Of a stretch of DNA of 34,387 nucleotides, positions 33,359 to 34,387 are shown piece by piece (positions within the stretch are counted from its first letter, which is position 1; the number at the start of each line of letters is the position of its first letter). The translations under genes and the position numbers were made by a program. Origin of the DNA: a virus. Taxonomy: Duplodnaviria; Caudoviricetes. The stretch covers positions 1-34,387 of the IMG/VR virus record IMGVR_UViG_3300032249_000242; one strand, written 5' to 3'. The notes below the pieces were generated by a model. The model searched no databases. It had not been told where the DNA came from and worked only from the letters and a program-made list of their open reading frames with translations.

Positions 33359-34387
33359 ATGAACATCATCACCACACACGAACAGCTTCAAGAGTTCGTA
33401 GCGCACTACTCTAGAGTGCCTGCTTTTGCCTTTGACCTTGAAACAATTGGCGAACACAGAATTTTGCCTGTTATCAACGACGTTTGCTGGATTGCGTTTG
33501 CTACTGAGGGACGAGTAGACGTTATTCCTATGGGCCACCCAAACGGTGAGTTTGAGTTTTATACAAAGCCATTACTAAAAGCAGGTCAGGCACAGATTGC
33601 TAAAGGCCGTGCGCTAACTGATGCGCACTTTTCCAAGAACAAGGTTCACTGGATTCCACAATTTGGTGAAGCTCCTAAGCAGCTCAATCCTGCTGAGGTG
33701 TTCTCCGCTATTAAGCCACTAATGTTTGGCACCCAACTTAAGATTGGGCACAACGTCAAGTTTGATTTGAAGTCTTTGGCAAAGTATTACCGCGGACAAG
33801 TTCCTTCTAAGCCACACTTTGACACGCTTATGGCTGCTTTTATTATTAATAACCAGAATAAGTTTGACCTTGGCCTACAGGCTTGCGTAAAGCGCGAGCT
33901 GGGGATTGAAATTGAAAAGGGCGTTGGAGAGGACATCTCTCAACACGACTTCGACACAGTGGCAAAGTACGCAGGTATTGACGCCGAGGTAACTTGGAAG
34001 CTATACAAGGCCCTTCAACCAAAGCTTGAAGGTAAGCTCCAGAGCGTTTGGAAACTAGAGATGGATGTGCTAGGCGCTCTTTGCGACATGGAGCTAGCCG
34101 GAGCTTACATCGACCAGAAGCAGCTCACTAACTTGTCAGAGCAAATTAGCCAAGACTTAGAGGCCGCCAAGACCAAGGCGTTCCAAGTTGCTGGAAAAGT
34201 ATTTGCAATTAACTCCGTACCAGTAAAACAGGAGCTTTTGTTTGCAGAGAACCCCGACACTGGTAAGCCTCGACTAAAGCCAAACGCTAAGTTTCAGAAC
34301 GCTTTGACCCCTAAAGGCAAGGAAGCCGTCCGCCGTAAAGAAGAACTACAGCCAAGTATGTTCTCTGTAAGTGCAGACGCTCTTGAG
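33359..34387 (+). CDS. polA: DNA polymerase family A (3'-5' exonuclease domain and start of the polymerase domain; 3'-truncated), absent from the ORF track
   Basis: MNIITTHEQL..., ExoI AFDLET, ExoII GHNVKFD, FDTLMAA, ExoIII YAGIDA, LEMDVLGALCDMELAGAYID, FAINS; frame open to the window end. Confidence 0.92.
   Translation, partial: MNIITTHEQLQEFVAHYSRVPAFAFDLETIGEHRILPVINDVCWIAFATEGRVDVIPMGHPNGEFEFYTKPLLKAGQAQIAKGRALTDAHFSKNKVHWIPQFGEAPKQLNPAEVFSAIKPLMFGTQLKIGHNVKFDLKSLAKYYRGQVPSKPHFDTLMAAFIINNQNKFDLGLQACVKRELGIEIEKGVGEDISQHDFDTVAKYAGIDAEVTWKLYKALQPKLEGKLQSVWKLEMDVLGALCDMELAGAYIDQKQLTNLSEQISQDLEAAKTKAFQVAGKVFAINSVPVKQELLFAENPDTGKPRLKPNAKFQNALTPKGKEAVRRKEELQPSMFSVSADALE

Noticed and set aside
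768-33538. Minus-strand and nested alternative-frame ORFs in the ORF track
   Set aside because: All overlap well-supported + strand genes and show no recognisable motifs; treated as shadow ORFs.
1-34387. Alternative genetic code, tRNA genes, introns or inteins
   Set aside because: Genes are full length under the standard code with dense packing. Intergenic gaps are short with no cloverleaf noticed, and the helicases, primase and visible polymerase portion show no intein-sized insertions.

Overview
A 34.4-kb fragment of a tailed dsDNA phage genome with a contractile tail (myovirus morphology), with all convincing genes on the + strand. Left to right: (i) 1-6.9 kb, an accessory cassette bounded by two paralogous Cys/Thr/Ser-rich fibre-like genes, enclosing two dUTPase-fold (DUF6065-like) paralogs, a GT60/GlcNAc-type glycosyltransferase fused to a 6-Cys domain, an HPPY-motif amino-methyltransferase and a GT2-TPR glycosyltransferase; (ii) 6.9-9.8 kb, a head-closure-like gene followed by a TAATG-coupled array of tiny Lys-rich proteins and an HNH nuclease; (iii) 9.8-25.1 kb, neck, sheath, tube, chaperone (candidate +1 frameshift), a short tape measure with an M23 peptidase, baseplate and fibre genes; (iv) 25.4-34.4 kb, a replication module: HTH initiator with an internal iteron-like origin, DnaC-like loader, DnaB, primase, SNF2 helicase, SSB and a truncated family A DNA polymerase. 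An actinobacterial (Gram-positive) host is inferred, not shown. No tRNA, rRNA, CRISPR array, integrase, capsid or terminase gene was seen. Family names come from remembered motifs, not from database searches.
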